The notes below the pieces were generated by a model. The model made no database searches. It had not been told where the DNA came from and worked only from the letters and a program-made list of their open reading frames with translations. From an uncultured Candidatus Saccharibacteria bacterium (lineage in GTDB: Bacteria; Patescibacteriota; Minisyncoccia; Phycocordibacterales; Phycocordibacteraceae), in assembly GCA_964395025.1 (NCBI GenBank), contig CAYMZP010000001.1:1-45821 (forward strand): DNA of 45,821 bases, read 5' to 3'. Shown piece after piece: positions 1-8,705 of this stretch (the first letter of the stretch is position 1; each line of letters begins with the position of its first letter). Position numbers and translations under genes: made by a program.

Positions 1-237
1 AAGCACGTCAGAGAGAGGTGCTTCGGCTAGCACTTTTGCGGTAGGAAAGCGCTTCAGCCATGCACGGTAGTACGGAATAACTCGGTCTACTTGTGTTTGT
101 TGAAGCATAATTTCGGAGACTAAAATCCGATATGCATTTTTAGTCTTTCGCCACGGAAGTGTATGGCGTCCGTGCGTTTTGTAGAAAGAAAAAACGTGGC
201 GACGAAACCGTGCAATATCAGAACTGGTATACGACAT
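1..237 (-). CDS. mutY: A/G-specific adenine DNA glycosylase MutY, N-terminal 79 codons (gene runs off the left edge)
   Basis: The minus-strand frame is open from the ATG at 237 to the window edge. It translates to MSYTSSDIARFRRHVFSFYKTHGRHTLPWRKTKNAYRILVSEIMLQQTQVDRVIPYYRAWLKRFPTAKVLAEAPLSDVL, which carries the MutY/HhH-GPD N-terminal signature (LPWR...SEIMLQQTQV...FPT..LA.A). It is absent from the ORF track because there is no stop codon inside the window. Confidence 0.7.
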   Translation of the reverse strand, partial: MSYTSSDIARFRRHVFSFYKTHGRHTLPWRKTKNAYRILVSEIMLQQTQVDRVIPYYRAWLKRFPTAKVLAEAPLSDVL

Positions 238-907
238 CTTTCCGTTCCACTACTACTTTCCACCCACGTTTTTGTGCGTGTGCAAACAATTTTTTGTTTG
301 GGTTAAACGCAATAGGGGTATCAACAAGCGTAAGCATGGGGATGTCACTTTCCGTATCCCCGACACCCACAGAACCGGTAAGCGTGAGTCCTTCTTTACG
401 CACCGCTCTTCGCAGAACCGCCGCTTTATTACGTATCAAGTCTTCATCTTCTACTTTGCCGGTAAACTTCCCTTGCGCATTGGTTTCATAGAAAAAGCCA
501 TAGCTCTTGTCAAAACCAAAATCAAAACCAAATACATCAACAATAAACCGTGGAGAGTGAGAGATGGCAAGTAAAAAGTATCCTTTTTTCTTGAGACGAC
601 GCACTAAATCTCGTGTGTAGCGGTACACGCGATTTTTCTTTTGTTTCAAAAGCTTGGCGCTTATCGCATCAGCTGTATCAAAAGAAACTCCTTTGATGTG
701 CGCACGAAACATAGCCACTGCATTACGCACGTACGCTTCGTAGTCTCCTTTTCTATCAAGCCAGCGTACCCGCTCTTTTTCGTACATGCGACGTGCTCCC
801 TGTGGGAATACGCCGTCTTCTATAAGAACTTCTACAAGCTCAAGAAAAAGAGAAGAGCGGAAAATGGTCCCGTCTATATCAAATACTGCTACGGGTTTTT
901 TCTTCAT
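218..907 (-). CDS. HAD-superfamily hydrolase (subfamily IB, SerB-like phosphatase)
   Basis: 229 aa. Motif I DxDGT is present (VAVFDIDGTIF), as is a C-terminal GDTESDIPML motif. The size is typical of HAD-IB. Confidence 0.8.
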   Translation of the reverse strand: MKKKPVAVFDIDGTIFRSSLFLELVEVLIEDGVFPQGARRMYEKERVRWLDRKGDYEAYVRNAVAMFRAHIKGVSFDTADAISAKLLKQKKNRVYRYTRDLVRRLKKKGYFLLAISHSPRFIVDVFGFDFGFDKSYGFFYETNAQGKFTGKVEDEDLIRNKAAVLRRAVRKEGLTLTGSVGVGDTESDIPMLTLVDTPIAFNPNKKLFAHAQKRGWKVVVERKDVVYQF

Positions 908-939
908 ACACCCATAGTATCGCGAAGCATAAAAAGAAG

Positions 940-1200
940 AAGGCGCCCCCTAAAAGAGAGACGCCGAAGGTGTGGCCGTATGGCCGAAATAGGTGGCGCT
1001 GACCGCAGGGCAGGGTGTTCCCCGTTTTTACCCAAAGTATGTGCCTCAGCGGGAGGGTTGGTGTTCATGACCAAGTTCCGGGGAATGGAACCTACTCACG
1101 ATCATCCAAGCATGCTCCACAGCGTTGGCTTTCGGGCTCCTTGCAAGGCACCCCAAACCCATCGAGGCGGTCAGCGCACTAAGAGAAAGTACTCCTCCTG
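940..1200 (+). ncRNA. Candidate structured RNA, possibly a long-form (Bacillus-type) SRP RNA
   Basis: 300-nt GC-rich gap between two minus-strand CDS with no credible ORF (track ORF 641..1378 is low-complexity). Long-range helices are GTGGCGCTGACCGC (993-1006) with GCGGTCAGCGCAC (1167-1179) and GTGCCT with AGGCAC, giving a rod-like fold. From memory there is local similarity to the B. subtilis scRNA: GUGGCCGU near the 5' end, and UUCAUGA..CCA..UCCGG..GGAA at the apex. The helix-8 motif is imperfect. Boundaries and strand are uncertain. Confidence 0.35.
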
Positions 1201-1210
1201 TCCCGTCCTG

Positions 1211-1909
1211 TCAACTAGCACGCACCCAACGGTCTTTTGCTTTTGGCCAAAGCTTTGTAAGCGGATGTTCACTGCAGTCATGTGGGCGCGCCTTACACAC
1301 ATAGCGCCCATAAAGCACAAAGCCGTTGTTGACGTACTTCCAGTCTTTTTTGGGAATAAGGGTTTCAAGATCTTTTGAAATTTTCGTGAGATCAGTGTGC
1401 TTCGTCAGGTCAAAACGAAGCGCAAAACGCTTCACGTGTGTGTCAGTAGGAATCCCTTCAAATATGCCGTAGAGCTCACCTAAGACCACATGTGCTGTTT
1501 TATACGCCACACCTTGCAAGGTAATGAGTGCTTCTTCGGTGTTTGGTACTTTACTGTCGTACACATCTTGTATGCGCTTTGCGGAGGCAATGATGTGTTT
1601 TGCTTTATTTCTATGAAACGATATGGACGAGATTTCTGTATCAAACGTTCTATAATCTGCCTCCGCAAAGTCACGAACGGTTTTATATTTCTTCCAGAGT
1701 ACAGCGGTTACTTTGTTCACCTGTTTGTCGGTGGTCTGCGCAGAAAGCATCACGGACGCAAGAAGCTGAATCGGGGTACGGTAGTTAAGTTCAGTTTTAG
1801 GCTCTTGGTACGTACGTTTCAGATATCGCACCAAAAGGCGCGCACGCGCTTCCCGTGCACTCCCTTTTCTAGCTCTTTTAGAACTCTTCTGCGTCACGAC
1901 CAAATGCAA
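1211..1909 (-). CDS. nth: Endonuclease III (HhH-GPD DNA glycosylase/AP lyase)
   Basis: 232 aa. LLASVMLSAQTTDKQVNKVT and LQGVAYKTAHVVL (HhH) are typical of Nth. The start is non-ATG (TTG at 1909 or GTG at 1897). Confidence 0.85.
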   Translation of the reverse strand: MHLVVTQKSSKRARKGSAREARARLLVRYLKRTYQEPKTELNYRTPIQLLASVMLSAQTTDKQVNKVTAVLWKKYKTVRDFAEADYRTFDTEISSISFHRNKAKHIIASAKRIQDVYDSKVPNTEEALITLQGVAYKTAHVVLGELYGIFEGIPTDTHVKRFALRFDLTKHTDLTKISKDLETLIPKKDWKYVNNGFVLYGRYVCKARPHDCSEHPLTKLWPKAKDRWVRAS

Positions 1910-3026
1910 ACCGATACGCCAAAGATGCTATAGCGCCTGCCGCAACTGCGGTCAGCACTGAAACAACGACCGTACCAATGAGAGGAATCAACCCAATCAC
2001 CGCAAGAAGTGCTGCGCCAGCAACGGCTGCTTTCCAAGAAACATGGGTGCGTTTAAACACGCGAGCCACGTGCGCTCCCACCAAAATTCCAGCATACGCA
2101 TACGAAATAAGGAGGAGTAAGAGATAGAGCGCCGCAAGGATGAGGGCGACACCTGCGCCCACAAAAGAAAGTATGAGGAAGAGCACAAGAAGCGGAGTGG
2201 CAACCGCAACTGCAAATCCAAGAAGTGCGAGCAATACGAAACGACGAACTGAACGAGTCCACACGCGCGTCGTGATGTTATGTGTAAACACTGGGAAAAG
2301 CCCTGCGAGAAGTCCTGAAGCAACTACGCCTGCGACAATGCGCGTCAAGAGAAACAGTCCCGCTCCGGCAAGTGCAAACGTTTTTGCCTCTTCTTTTGAT
2401 GGAAGGAAAATTGAAGAACCGGTATATGAGACACCTCCTAGAATCTCTGCGGTTTCATGAATGTCGGCCTCCTGCGGTGCATCATACTCAAGCACTCCAG
2501 CAATTATGGTATTTGGAAGAACAGTCAGGTGATCCGACGCAACAATTTCAACATCACCGTCATATACGCCACCCAAGGTCACGCTACTTCCGTAAATAAC
2601 GGTACGTCCGGTAGAACCTCCCGTAACAGAAACAGTAACGCCTCCGATGCGAAGTTCGGCAGCACGTCCGGCGACTTCCACTGAACCACCAATCGCAAAA
2701 ATATCTCCACCCGCGTCTCCCGTAACAGAGATACGCGCACCAAATGCACGAATGTCTCCTTCCACGGGCCCACCTGCATCTATACCGCCACCCAAAAGAA
2801 GTAAATCTCCTGACACGGGGGCAAGGATAATCACGTCTCCTGCTGCTGCTACCGCGTCTCCAAGAATAGGTGCGGTGATGCGCACATCGGCTCCTGCAAG
2901 ATACGCATTACCGGTTGACGCCTCAGAAAGCGTAAGGGCCTCGTCAGCAACTACTGTCGCTGCCTGAAGGGGAGTTGAGAAGAGAAAAGCGGTAGAGAGG
3001 AGCGCGACAAAAAGGATGCGACTCAT
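1878..3026 (-). CDS. Membrane protein with a secreted Gly/Asp-rich beta-helix-like repeat domain (bactofilin-like repeats) and a C-terminal multi-TM domain
   Basis: Signal peptide MSRILFVALLSTAFLFSTPLQA. About 190 aa of short G-D-x repeats follow (GDAVAAAGDVIILAPVSGDLLLLGGGIDAGGPVEGDI...), then about 5 hydrophobic helices. No specific family recognised. Confidence 0.6.
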   Translation of the reverse strand: MSRILFVALLSTAFLFSTPLQAATVVADEALTLSEASTGNAYLAGADVRITAPILGDAVAAAGDVIILAPVSGDLLLLGGGIDAGGPVEGDIRAFGARISVTGDAGGDIFAIGGSVEVAGRAAELRIGGVTVSVTGGSTGRTVIYGSSVTLGGVYDGDVEIVASDHLTVLPNTIIAGVLEYDAPQEADIHETAEILGGVSYTGSSIFLPSKEEAKTFALAGAGLFLLTRIVAGVVASGLLAGLFPVFTHNITTRVWTRSVRRFVLLALLGFAVAVATPLLVLFLILSFVGAGVALILAALYLLLLLISYAYAGILVGAHVARVFKRTHVSWKAAVAGAALLAVIGLIPLIGTVVVSVLTAVAAGAIASLAYRFAFGRDAEEF

Positions 3027-3086
3027 ACGGGCATCCTAGCGCGATAAAAAAGAAGGAGCAAACCGCTCTTTGTTATACTGATAGGC

Positions 3087-3482
3087 ATGAACCCAAATGG
3101 AAAAACGGACGAAGAATGGAAAAAAGAGCTCTCTCCTGAAGCATATGAGGTGCTTCGTGAAGGGGCGACTGAGGCACCTTTTTCTGGTGCATATGTGAAC
3201 AACAAAGAAAAAGGAGAATATCGTTGCAAGGCGTGCGGAACACTCTTGTTTACCTCCGCCCAAAAGTTTGATTCTGGTACCGGATGGCCGTCGTTTACTG
3301 ACCCAGCTGTTATGGAAAATATCGGTACCCGTCACGACGACTCACACGGCATGAACCGTACTGAAGTGTACTGCAAAACATGTGGCGGACACTTAGGACA
3401 CGTCTTTAACGATGGACCGCAAGAAGCGGGAGGAAAACGCTACTGTATTAATTCCGTGTGCTTAGATTTTCAGAAAGAATGA
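3087..3482 (+). CDS. msrB: Peptide-methionine (R)-S-oxide reductase
   Basis: CKACGTLLF...GWPSF...CKTCGGHLGHVFNDGP...RYCINS are the SelR/MsrB zinc and catalytic Cys motifs. Confidence 0.95.
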   Translation: MNPNGKTDEEWKKELSPEAYEVLREGATEAPFSGAYVNNKEKGEYRCKACGTLLFTSAQKFDSGTGWPSFTDPAVMENIGTRHDDSHGMNRTEVYCKTCGGHLGHVFNDGPQEAGGKRYCINSVCLDFQKE

Positions 3483-4021
3483 AGTACGAAGTCGCACTAT
3501 TTGGTGGTGGCTGTTTCTGGTGCACTGAAGCGGTATTCAAAATGTTGAAGGGAGTTCGTTCAGTAGCGCCTGGATACGTGGGTGGGACAAAAGAAGACGC
3601 AACGTACGAGCGTGTTTCAACAGGAACCACAGGCCATGTAGAAGTAGTTCGTGTGGAATACGACCCGACCATGGTTGCATACCGAACACTTTTGACCATT
3701 TTCTTCGCTTCACATGATGCCACACAAGTGGGTGGGCAAGGAAACGATATTGGCCCTCAGTACCGTTCGGTGATTTTCACGACATCAGAACAACAAATGC
3801 AGGATGCTCGGTCATTTATTGCTGAACTCAATGCTTCAAGTACAGATGGGGACCCAATAACGACTACCGTTGAACCATTCGTAGAATTTTTCCCCGCCGA
3901 GAGTTACCATCAAGATTACTATGCAAAAAACCAAAATGCTGGTTATTGCCAACTTATCATTGCGCCGAAGCTACAGAAAGTGCAAAAGGAATTTGCAAAA
4001 CTTCTAGAACAAGAAAAATGA
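3479..4021 (+). CDS. msrA: Peptide-methionine (S)-S-oxide reductase
   Basis: MKYEVALFGGGCFWCTEAVF contains the GCFWC active site. The ATG at 3479 overlaps the msrB TGA (ATGA coupling), so the longer track start at 3458 is unlikely. Confidence 0.93.
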   Translation: MKYEVALFGGGCFWCTEAVFKMLKGVRSVAPGYVGGTKEDATYERVSTGTTGHVEVVRVEYDPTMVAYRTLLTIFFASHDATQVGGQGNDIGPQYRSVIFTTSEQQMQDARSFIAELNASSTDGDPITTTVEPFVEFFPAESYHQDYYAKNQNAGYCQLIIAPKLQKVQKEFAKLLEQEK

Positions 4022-4056
4022 AAAACACACAACCAAACGGTTGTGTGTTTTTCATT
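4021..4056. terminator. Bidirectional intrinsic terminator between msrA (+) and the DUF4383 gene (-)
   Basis: A-run, then ACACACAACC-aaac-GGTTGTGTGT (10-bp stem), then TTTTCATTTTT. Confidence 0.8.
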
Positions 4057-4066
4057 TTTAGTAGCC

Positions 4067-4447
4067 CTACATCATCGTCTGTGCCGACATTGCTTTTTTC
4101 TTTCCCATAAACGCAGCGCCAAGAAGCACTACGCCAAGCACGAGGTGCAACCAGTGGTCCGCAGCATTTACATGTACGAGACCAAGGAGCATACCTGAGT
4201 CTGGTGCCATAAGGAATCCAAGGACTGCGAGTATGAGATAGACCACGCCGAGAATCTTGAGCCACAAAGACGCGCCTCCAATCTTGGCAGATATGAGGAG
4301 TAGTACGCCAAAGAGTATGTGGACCACGTTGTGCATCATGTCTGTCTCAAAGATGCCATCCATCCCCACAATTGGGTTTGGAACAAATCCAAGTACCCCA
4401 ACGATGAGAAATACGATACCGAACAACAGTGCGACTTTCTTAGCCAT
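4067..4447 (-). CDS. DUF4383 family small membrane protein
   Basis: 126 aa with 4 TM helices. The N-terminus MAKKVALLFGIVFLIVGVLGFVPNPIVG is typical of DUF4383. Confidence 0.75.
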   Translation of the reverse strand: MAKKVALLFGIVFLIVGVLGFVPNPIVGMDGIFETDMMHNVVHILFGVLLLISAKIGGASLWLKILGVVYLILAVLGFLMAPDSGMLLGLVHVNAADHWLHLVLGVVLLGAAFMGKKKAMSAQTMM

Positions 4448-4667
4448 AGAGCGAAAGAAGGTTATGGAGGGTCATAAAGAGGACCCACTATAATTCTACC
4501 CCTTAGTATGACGGTTTAGGTGTTCATGTGGATAGCTCTTGGTAACCTATACAGCTATTAAAAAGTTATAGAAAACGGAGGGACAGGTCGTTGTAGAGCA
4601 AAAACAGAGACAGCACCGCTGTCTTGACGCATATGTTCTATGCGTCTTATCCATCACATTCCTTCGT

Positions 4668-4889
4668 ATGCCCATCTTCGCTGCGATTGGTATTGGGATA
4701 CTGATTCTTGTACTACAATCGCTTTCTCCCGAAGTTCTCTCTCAGGGTGAACACACGGTTATTTCGGTTTTGCGTACAGTTGAGGTCACCGCAGACACTG
4801 CCTCCTCACTTTCCGCATCCGCACACGAAGCTCCGTTTTCTTCTCTATTTGACCCACCTACGCTTCCTCGTGCACCGACTATCCGCTAA
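4668..4889 (+). CDS. Possible small membrane protein (hypothetical)
   Basis: 73 aa with a hydrophobic N-terminus (MPIFAAIGIGILILVLQSL). A hairpin follows at 4905-4926 (AGCCGGACA-tact-TGTCCGGCT). There is no clear SD and no homology recognised. Confidence 0.3.
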   Translation: MPIFAAIGIGILILVLQSLSPEVLSQGEHTVISVLRTVEVTADTASSLSASAHEAPFSSLFDPPTLPRAPTIR

Positions 4890-4979
4890 CACCCTTTCCA
4901 CCACAGCCGGACATACTTGTCCGGCTGAGTTATTTAAAAATGGCTTATTTACTTGCTATTTTAGGATTATGCAGAGGTG

Positions 4980-5008
4980 TTGACAGGAAACACTATACGT
5001 GATACAAT
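4980..5008 (+). promoter_or_regulatory. Near-consensus sigma70-type promoter
   Basis: TTGACA (4980-4985), 17-nt spacer, extended -10 TGaTACAAT (5000-5008). Confidence 0.6.
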
Positions 5009-5014
5009 GTATAC

Positions 5015-5204
5015 AAGCTAGTCGGGTGACTGCTTACGAGGCGACGCCAAGAAAGGAGCGCGCAAAAGAGTAAGGAGAGTCACCCCACGGCACAATTTCC
5101 GACAGGCATGGCGGAAGAAGTCGGTAGAAAGGAGCAGAGAGCGCAAAACCCGACTTCAGCCATCCCCTACAAAGCCCTCGCATCTCGCGAGGCGCTTTCT
5201 TTTT
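5015..5204 (+). ncRNA. Orphan ~190-nt structured RNA candidate (class not recognised)
   Basis: It starts about 7 nt after the consensus promoter and ends at the hairpin CCTCGC-atctc-GCGAGG plus CGCTTTCTTTTT (5176-5204). Internal helices are AGTCGGGT/ACCCGACT (closing), GGTGACT/AGTCACC, CTTAC/GTAAG and CCGAC/GTCGG. There is no ORF and no downstream plus-strand gene. Confidence 0.45.
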
Positions 5205-5631
5205 ATGTATAGGTGTTTGTTCCCTCTTCTTCCCTGCGGTTTATAGGCTCTTCTGGAAGTCCAAAGTAGTGACCAATTTCATGCCAGAGCGTCTCTTGCA
5301 CCACCTTTCGTACATTGTGTTTAAAGTCTCCGGTATGGTCATCTGTGAGCTCCATAGCTTCTTCAAGAATAGGGATCCTAAAAAGCGTAATGGTATCGGG
5401 CATGGTACCGCCCACACCGTAGTCACTTCCCCTCTCTGGAACTGGTATCCCCTGATATAACCCGAAAAGCGTTTCTCCGGGCAACAGGCCTTCACGCTCA
5501 CACACTTCTTCGCTCGGCTCGTCTTCCGTAAGAAGCGCGACATTTTTAAGTCCCGCTCGCCACTTTTCAGGAACAGCGTCCCATGCATTTAGTGCAACCG
5601 CCCTAAACTCCTCTTCAGTCATATGCTCCAT
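5203..5631 (-). CDS. Zn-dependent metallopeptidase family protein (Zincin_1/DUF1025-like)
   Basis: 142 aa, acidic, with a C-terminal HEIGHYFG (HExxH) motif. Confidence 0.75.
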   Translation of the reverse strand: MEHMTEEEFRAVALNAWDAVPEKWRAGLKNVALLTEDEPSEEVCEREGLLPGETLFGLYQGIPVPERGSDYGVGGTMPDTITLFRIPILEEAMELTDDHTGDFKHNVRKVVQETLWHEIGHYFGLPEEPINRREEEGTNTYT

Positions 5632-5674
5632 GTACGTTTAGTCTACACGAAAACATATTTCTCGTGAGCCACAC

Positions 5675-6298
5675 ATGTCTGGTATTATCAGGCGCATGTC
5701 CGAACTCCTTGGTCTAGACCTCATAGAACTTATACGTACTGCGGGTTACCTCGGCCTTTTTGCGATTGTGTTTTTGGAATCAGGTATACCCATTGGTTTC
5801 TTTTTTCCCGGAGACTCACTCTTATTCACCGCAGGACTCCTGTCTGCTTCAGGCATCTTTAATATTTTCATTCTTACTCCCCTACTCACGCTCGCCGCAA
5901 TACTCGGCGACAGTGCAGGGTACTGGATAGGAAAACGATACGGCAGAAAACTGTTTGCGAAAGAAAACGCCCGCATCCTTTCTGCGAAAAACTTAGCACG
6001 TACGGAAGCGTTCTACGCAAAGTACGGTGCACGCGCCATCATCATTGCACGCTTTGTTCCGGTGGTACGTACGTTCACGCCCATTCTCGCAGGAGTCGGC
6101 GCTATGCGCTACGGTACATTTCTTCGCTACAACGTCATTGGTGCAGTTCTCTGGGCTACCGGAGTGACGGTGCTTGGTTTTTTCCTCGGTTCTCTTATTC
6201 CAGATATTGACCGGTACCTAATACCAATCGTGATTGCAATTATTCTCCTTTCTCTAGTGCCTATTCTTTTTGAAGCACTCCGGGCACAAAAAAACTAG
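5675..6298 (+). CDS. DedA family (SNARE-associated/VTT domain) membrane protein
   Basis: LFAIVFLESGIPIGFFFPGDSLLFTAG and GKRYGRKLF are the DedA signature. Confidence 0.85.
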   Translation: MSGIIRRMSELLGLDLIELIRTAGYLGLFAIVFLESGIPIGFFFPGDSLLFTAGLLSASGIFNIFILTPLLTLAAILGDSAGYWIGKRYGRKLFAKENARILSAKNLARTEAFYAKYGARAIIIARFVPVVRTFTPILAGVGAMRYGTFLRYNVIGAVLWATGVTVLGFFLGSLIPDIDRYLIPIVIAIILLSLVPILFEALRAQKN

Positions 6299-6325
6299 AC
6301 CACCCGGTGGATGGTCTAGTTTTTC
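6295..6325 (+). terminator. Intrinsic terminator of the dedA-like gene
   Basis: CTAGACCA-(9-nt loop)-TGGTCTAG followed by TTTTTCT. The stop codon lies within the stem. Confidence 0.75.
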
Positions 6326-6335
6326 TCCTGCGTTT

Positions 6336-7019
6336 TTATTTCAACTCTGCTTCTATCAGTGCACTCACTTGTGCGTACGGTTGTGCTCCTGAAATAACTT
6401 GCTTCCCGATAATCGTGCTTGGCGTACCCGAGATACCGAACGATGCTCCCTCAGCTCGGTCGGCCTCAATAGCAGAAAGGTACTCGGCTTCATTATCCTC
6501 AATAAGGCTCGTAATGCGAGCCACGTCCATACCAAGTCCTGCAGTCAAGGCTTCTATAGATGCACGATCACCAAAACCTCCCTGTCCCTCATCCTGATTT
6601 TCCATCATTGCCGTGTGCCATTCGTAGTGACGCTCTGGGTACGCATCCCAAACAGCACGTCCAAAGAGTGCAGCAGTTTCTGAGTCAGGACCAAGGAATT
6701 GGAAGTCTTTAAAGATAATGCGTAGCTTGCCCGTCTTCACGTAGTTTTCGTTCAATTGCGCAACGGTTTCAAGCTCATACCGTTTACAAAACGGACACTG
6801 GTAGTCTGCCCATACTGCTATCGTCACTGGCGCATCCTGACTCCCAATGGAAGGTCCTTCCATTTCAACTTTTTTAATGTCTACCGTAGCAGGAGAAGGC
6901 GCGGAGGGTACGCCGTCACGACCAAACGCAAACGCGCCGGCAATAATAATAGCGCCAGCAAGTACCGCAAGCGGTGTGCCGTATTTTTCAAAAAACGATG
7001 ATGCAGGTGCAGTTTCCAT
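6336..7019 (-). CDS. DsbA-family thiol:disulfide oxidoreductase (membrane-anchored thioredoxin fold)
   Basis: CPFC active site (WADYQCPFCKRYE) and an N-terminal TM helix. The start is moved to the METAPASS Met because the longer ORF start (7112) lies inside the helicase terminator hairpin. Confidence 0.8.
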   Translation of the reverse strand: METAPASSFFEKYGTPLAVLAGAIIIAGAFAFGRDGVPSAPSPATVDIKKVEMEGPSIGSQDAPVTIAVWADYQCPFCKRYELETVAQLNENYVKTGKLRIIFKDFQFLGPDSETAALFGRAVWDAYPERHYEWHTAMMENQDEGQGGFGDRASIEALTAGLGMDVARITSLIEDNEAEYLSAIEADRAEGASFGISGTPSTIIGKQVISGAQPYAQVSALIEAELK

Positions 7020-7081
7020 AGATATATAAGGTCCGTAATAGTGTGCGGACAGTATACCCTGAGATTTGCGCTTATCCACAA

Positions 7082-7116
7082 ACGCATGAGGGAGGCCATT
7101 AGCCTCCCTCATGCGT
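7082..7116 (-). terminator. Terminator hairpin downstream of the DEAD-box helicase
   Basis: Perfect 15-bp stem ACGCATGAGGGAGGC / GCCTCCCTCATGCGT with a 5-nt loop, flanked by A/T runs. Confidence 0.65.
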
Positions 7117-7135
7117 TTCCCTTTTGTAGGGTTTC

Positions 7136-8467
7136 TTACCCTGCGTACGCAGGAATAAACGTGAGTGCTTTACCGGTACGTCCCGCACGACCCGTACGAC
7201 CAATACGGTGCGTGTAGTCTTCATACGTTGCAGGCAAGTCGTAGTTGATGACGTGCGAAACTCCTGAAATATCAAGACCTCGTGCTGCCACGTCTGTTGC
7301 TACGAGCACACGCACATGATCTCGCTTAAAGAGTGTGAGTGCTTTCTGACGCTTGCCATGCGTTTTGTCTCCGTGAATAGACTCCGCAGGAATTCCTGCG
7401 CGGGCCAAGTCGCGAGCCAAACGCTCCACTCCGTGCTTCGTGCGTCCAAATACCAACACTTTATCCATAGTCTCATCTCCTTTTATCAAAGAAACGAGAA
7501 CCTCAAACTTGTGTTCGTGTGCACCAATGCGTACTACATCTTGGTCAATGGTTTTTGCTGTGTCGCGTGTTTTAACTGAGATGCGTACTGGATCTTTTAG
7601 GAAATCACCAATCAACCGCTCAATGTCGCGTGACATGGTAGCGGAAAAGAAAAGCGTATGGCGCTCTTTCGGCATCTTGCCAAGAATGAAACGCATATCT
7701 TCAATGAAACCCATATCAAGCATGCGGTCTGCTTCATCCAGCACCACCGTGGTGAACTCACGGAAATCAATTTCGCGACGCTCCTCAAGGTCTTTAAGAC
7801 GACCTGGGGTTCCAATGACAAAGGCAGGGTTTTTACGAAGCACACGAATTTGTGGCTCGATGGAGGCACCACCAACACACACCACCGCATTCAGCATCAA
7901 CTGTTTTGCAAAACCCCAATACTCTTGCTCAATCTGTATTGCAAGCTCGCGCGTTGGCACCATAACAAGCACACGCTGGTCCTGACCAAGTGCTTTATAT
8001 TTGAGCACTTTATCAATAAGTGGAATAAGGAAGGTTGCCGTTTTTCCCGTACCCGTGTTTGCAAGTCCGACAATATCGCGTCCCGTGAGTACTTCTGGAA
8101 TAGCCTTATCCTGAATAGGCGTTGGCTTTTCGTACCCTTTTGAAGCGATATTTTTCTTCAGGCGCTCATCAACGGGAAAATCAGAAAAAGCATGAGTAGG
8201 CACGAAGACTTCTTCGGGCTCCCCTTTCACTGCTTTATTTACGAGCTTTGAAAGGTCAATCGGCATTTCTTGGACATTGCTACGGCGTCCGCCGCGACTA
8301 AAGCCACGTCCGCGTGAGGGCGCACCTCTATAGCCACCTGCATCCCTGCGGTCGTCGCGACGAGGGCCACCCGAACGGGAGCCTCCGCGTTTTGCAAACT
8401 TTGCATATCCCGGACGATCTCCTAGATCGTTACGAGAGTTTTTACGCACAATATACGTCGTAGTCAT
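7136..8467 (-). CDS. DEAD-box ATP-dependent RNA helicase with an N-terminal Arg/Gly-rich extension
   Basis: Q motif, AxTGTGKT (NTGTGKTATF), VLDEADRML (DEAD), SAT and HRIGRTGRAG motifs. The ATG at 8467 is preferred over the GTG at 8497. Confidence 0.9.
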   Translation of the reverse strand: MTTTYIVRKNSRNDLGDRPGYAKFAKRGGSRSGGPRRDDRRDAGGYRGAPSRGRGFSRGGRRSNVQEMPIDLSKLVNKAVKGEPEEVFVPTHAFSDFPVDERLKKNIASKGYEKPTPIQDKAIPEVLTGRDIVGLANTGTGKTATFLIPLIDKVLKYKALGQDQRVLVMVPTRELAIQIEQEYWGFAKQLMLNAVVCVGGASIEPQIRVLRKNPAFVIGTPGRLKDLEERREIDFREFTTVVLDEADRMLDMGFIEDMRFILGKMPKERHTLFFSATMSRDIERLIGDFLKDPVRISVKTRDTAKTIDQDVVRIGAHEHKFEVLVSLIKGDETMDKVLVFGRTKHGVERLARDLARAGIPAESIHGDKTHGKRQKALTLFKRDHVRVLVATDVAARGLDISGVSHVINYDLPATYEDYTHRIGRTGRAGRTGKALTFIPAYAG

Positions 8468-8705
8468 CTTAGTTGCAGGCGCAACTAAAATCTTCACCTG
8501 CTTCGTTGCTCGCTCCGGTCCTCCCTCGCAGTAGATTTCTACAGTTCGGTTCGGTCCTCGCTCACGCCTCGCATCTGAGAGATTTTCGAGTGCGCCTTAG
8601 AGAGTTGTAAGGCAATCGTCTCGAGAGTTTCTGGGCCGATGATACTCTTGACGGCCAAGTCTTGAGCAATCTCTCAAGACAACACTTGTAGAAACGATTA
8701 CTCCT

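Noticed and set aside
641-1378. Long plus-strand ORF (245 aa) spanning the HAD gene start, the intergenic RNA region and the nth 3' end
   Set aside because: It is Arg/Lys/Cys-rich and low in complexity. It is antisense to two well-supported genes and crosses a structured non-coding region. It is almost certainly spurious.
3480-3482. Possibility of an alternative genetic code (UGA recoded, as in some CPR lineages)
   Set aside because: TGA ends MsrB exactly at its conserved C-terminus and overlaps the msrA ATG. ORF lengths under the standard code match the expected family sizes throughout.
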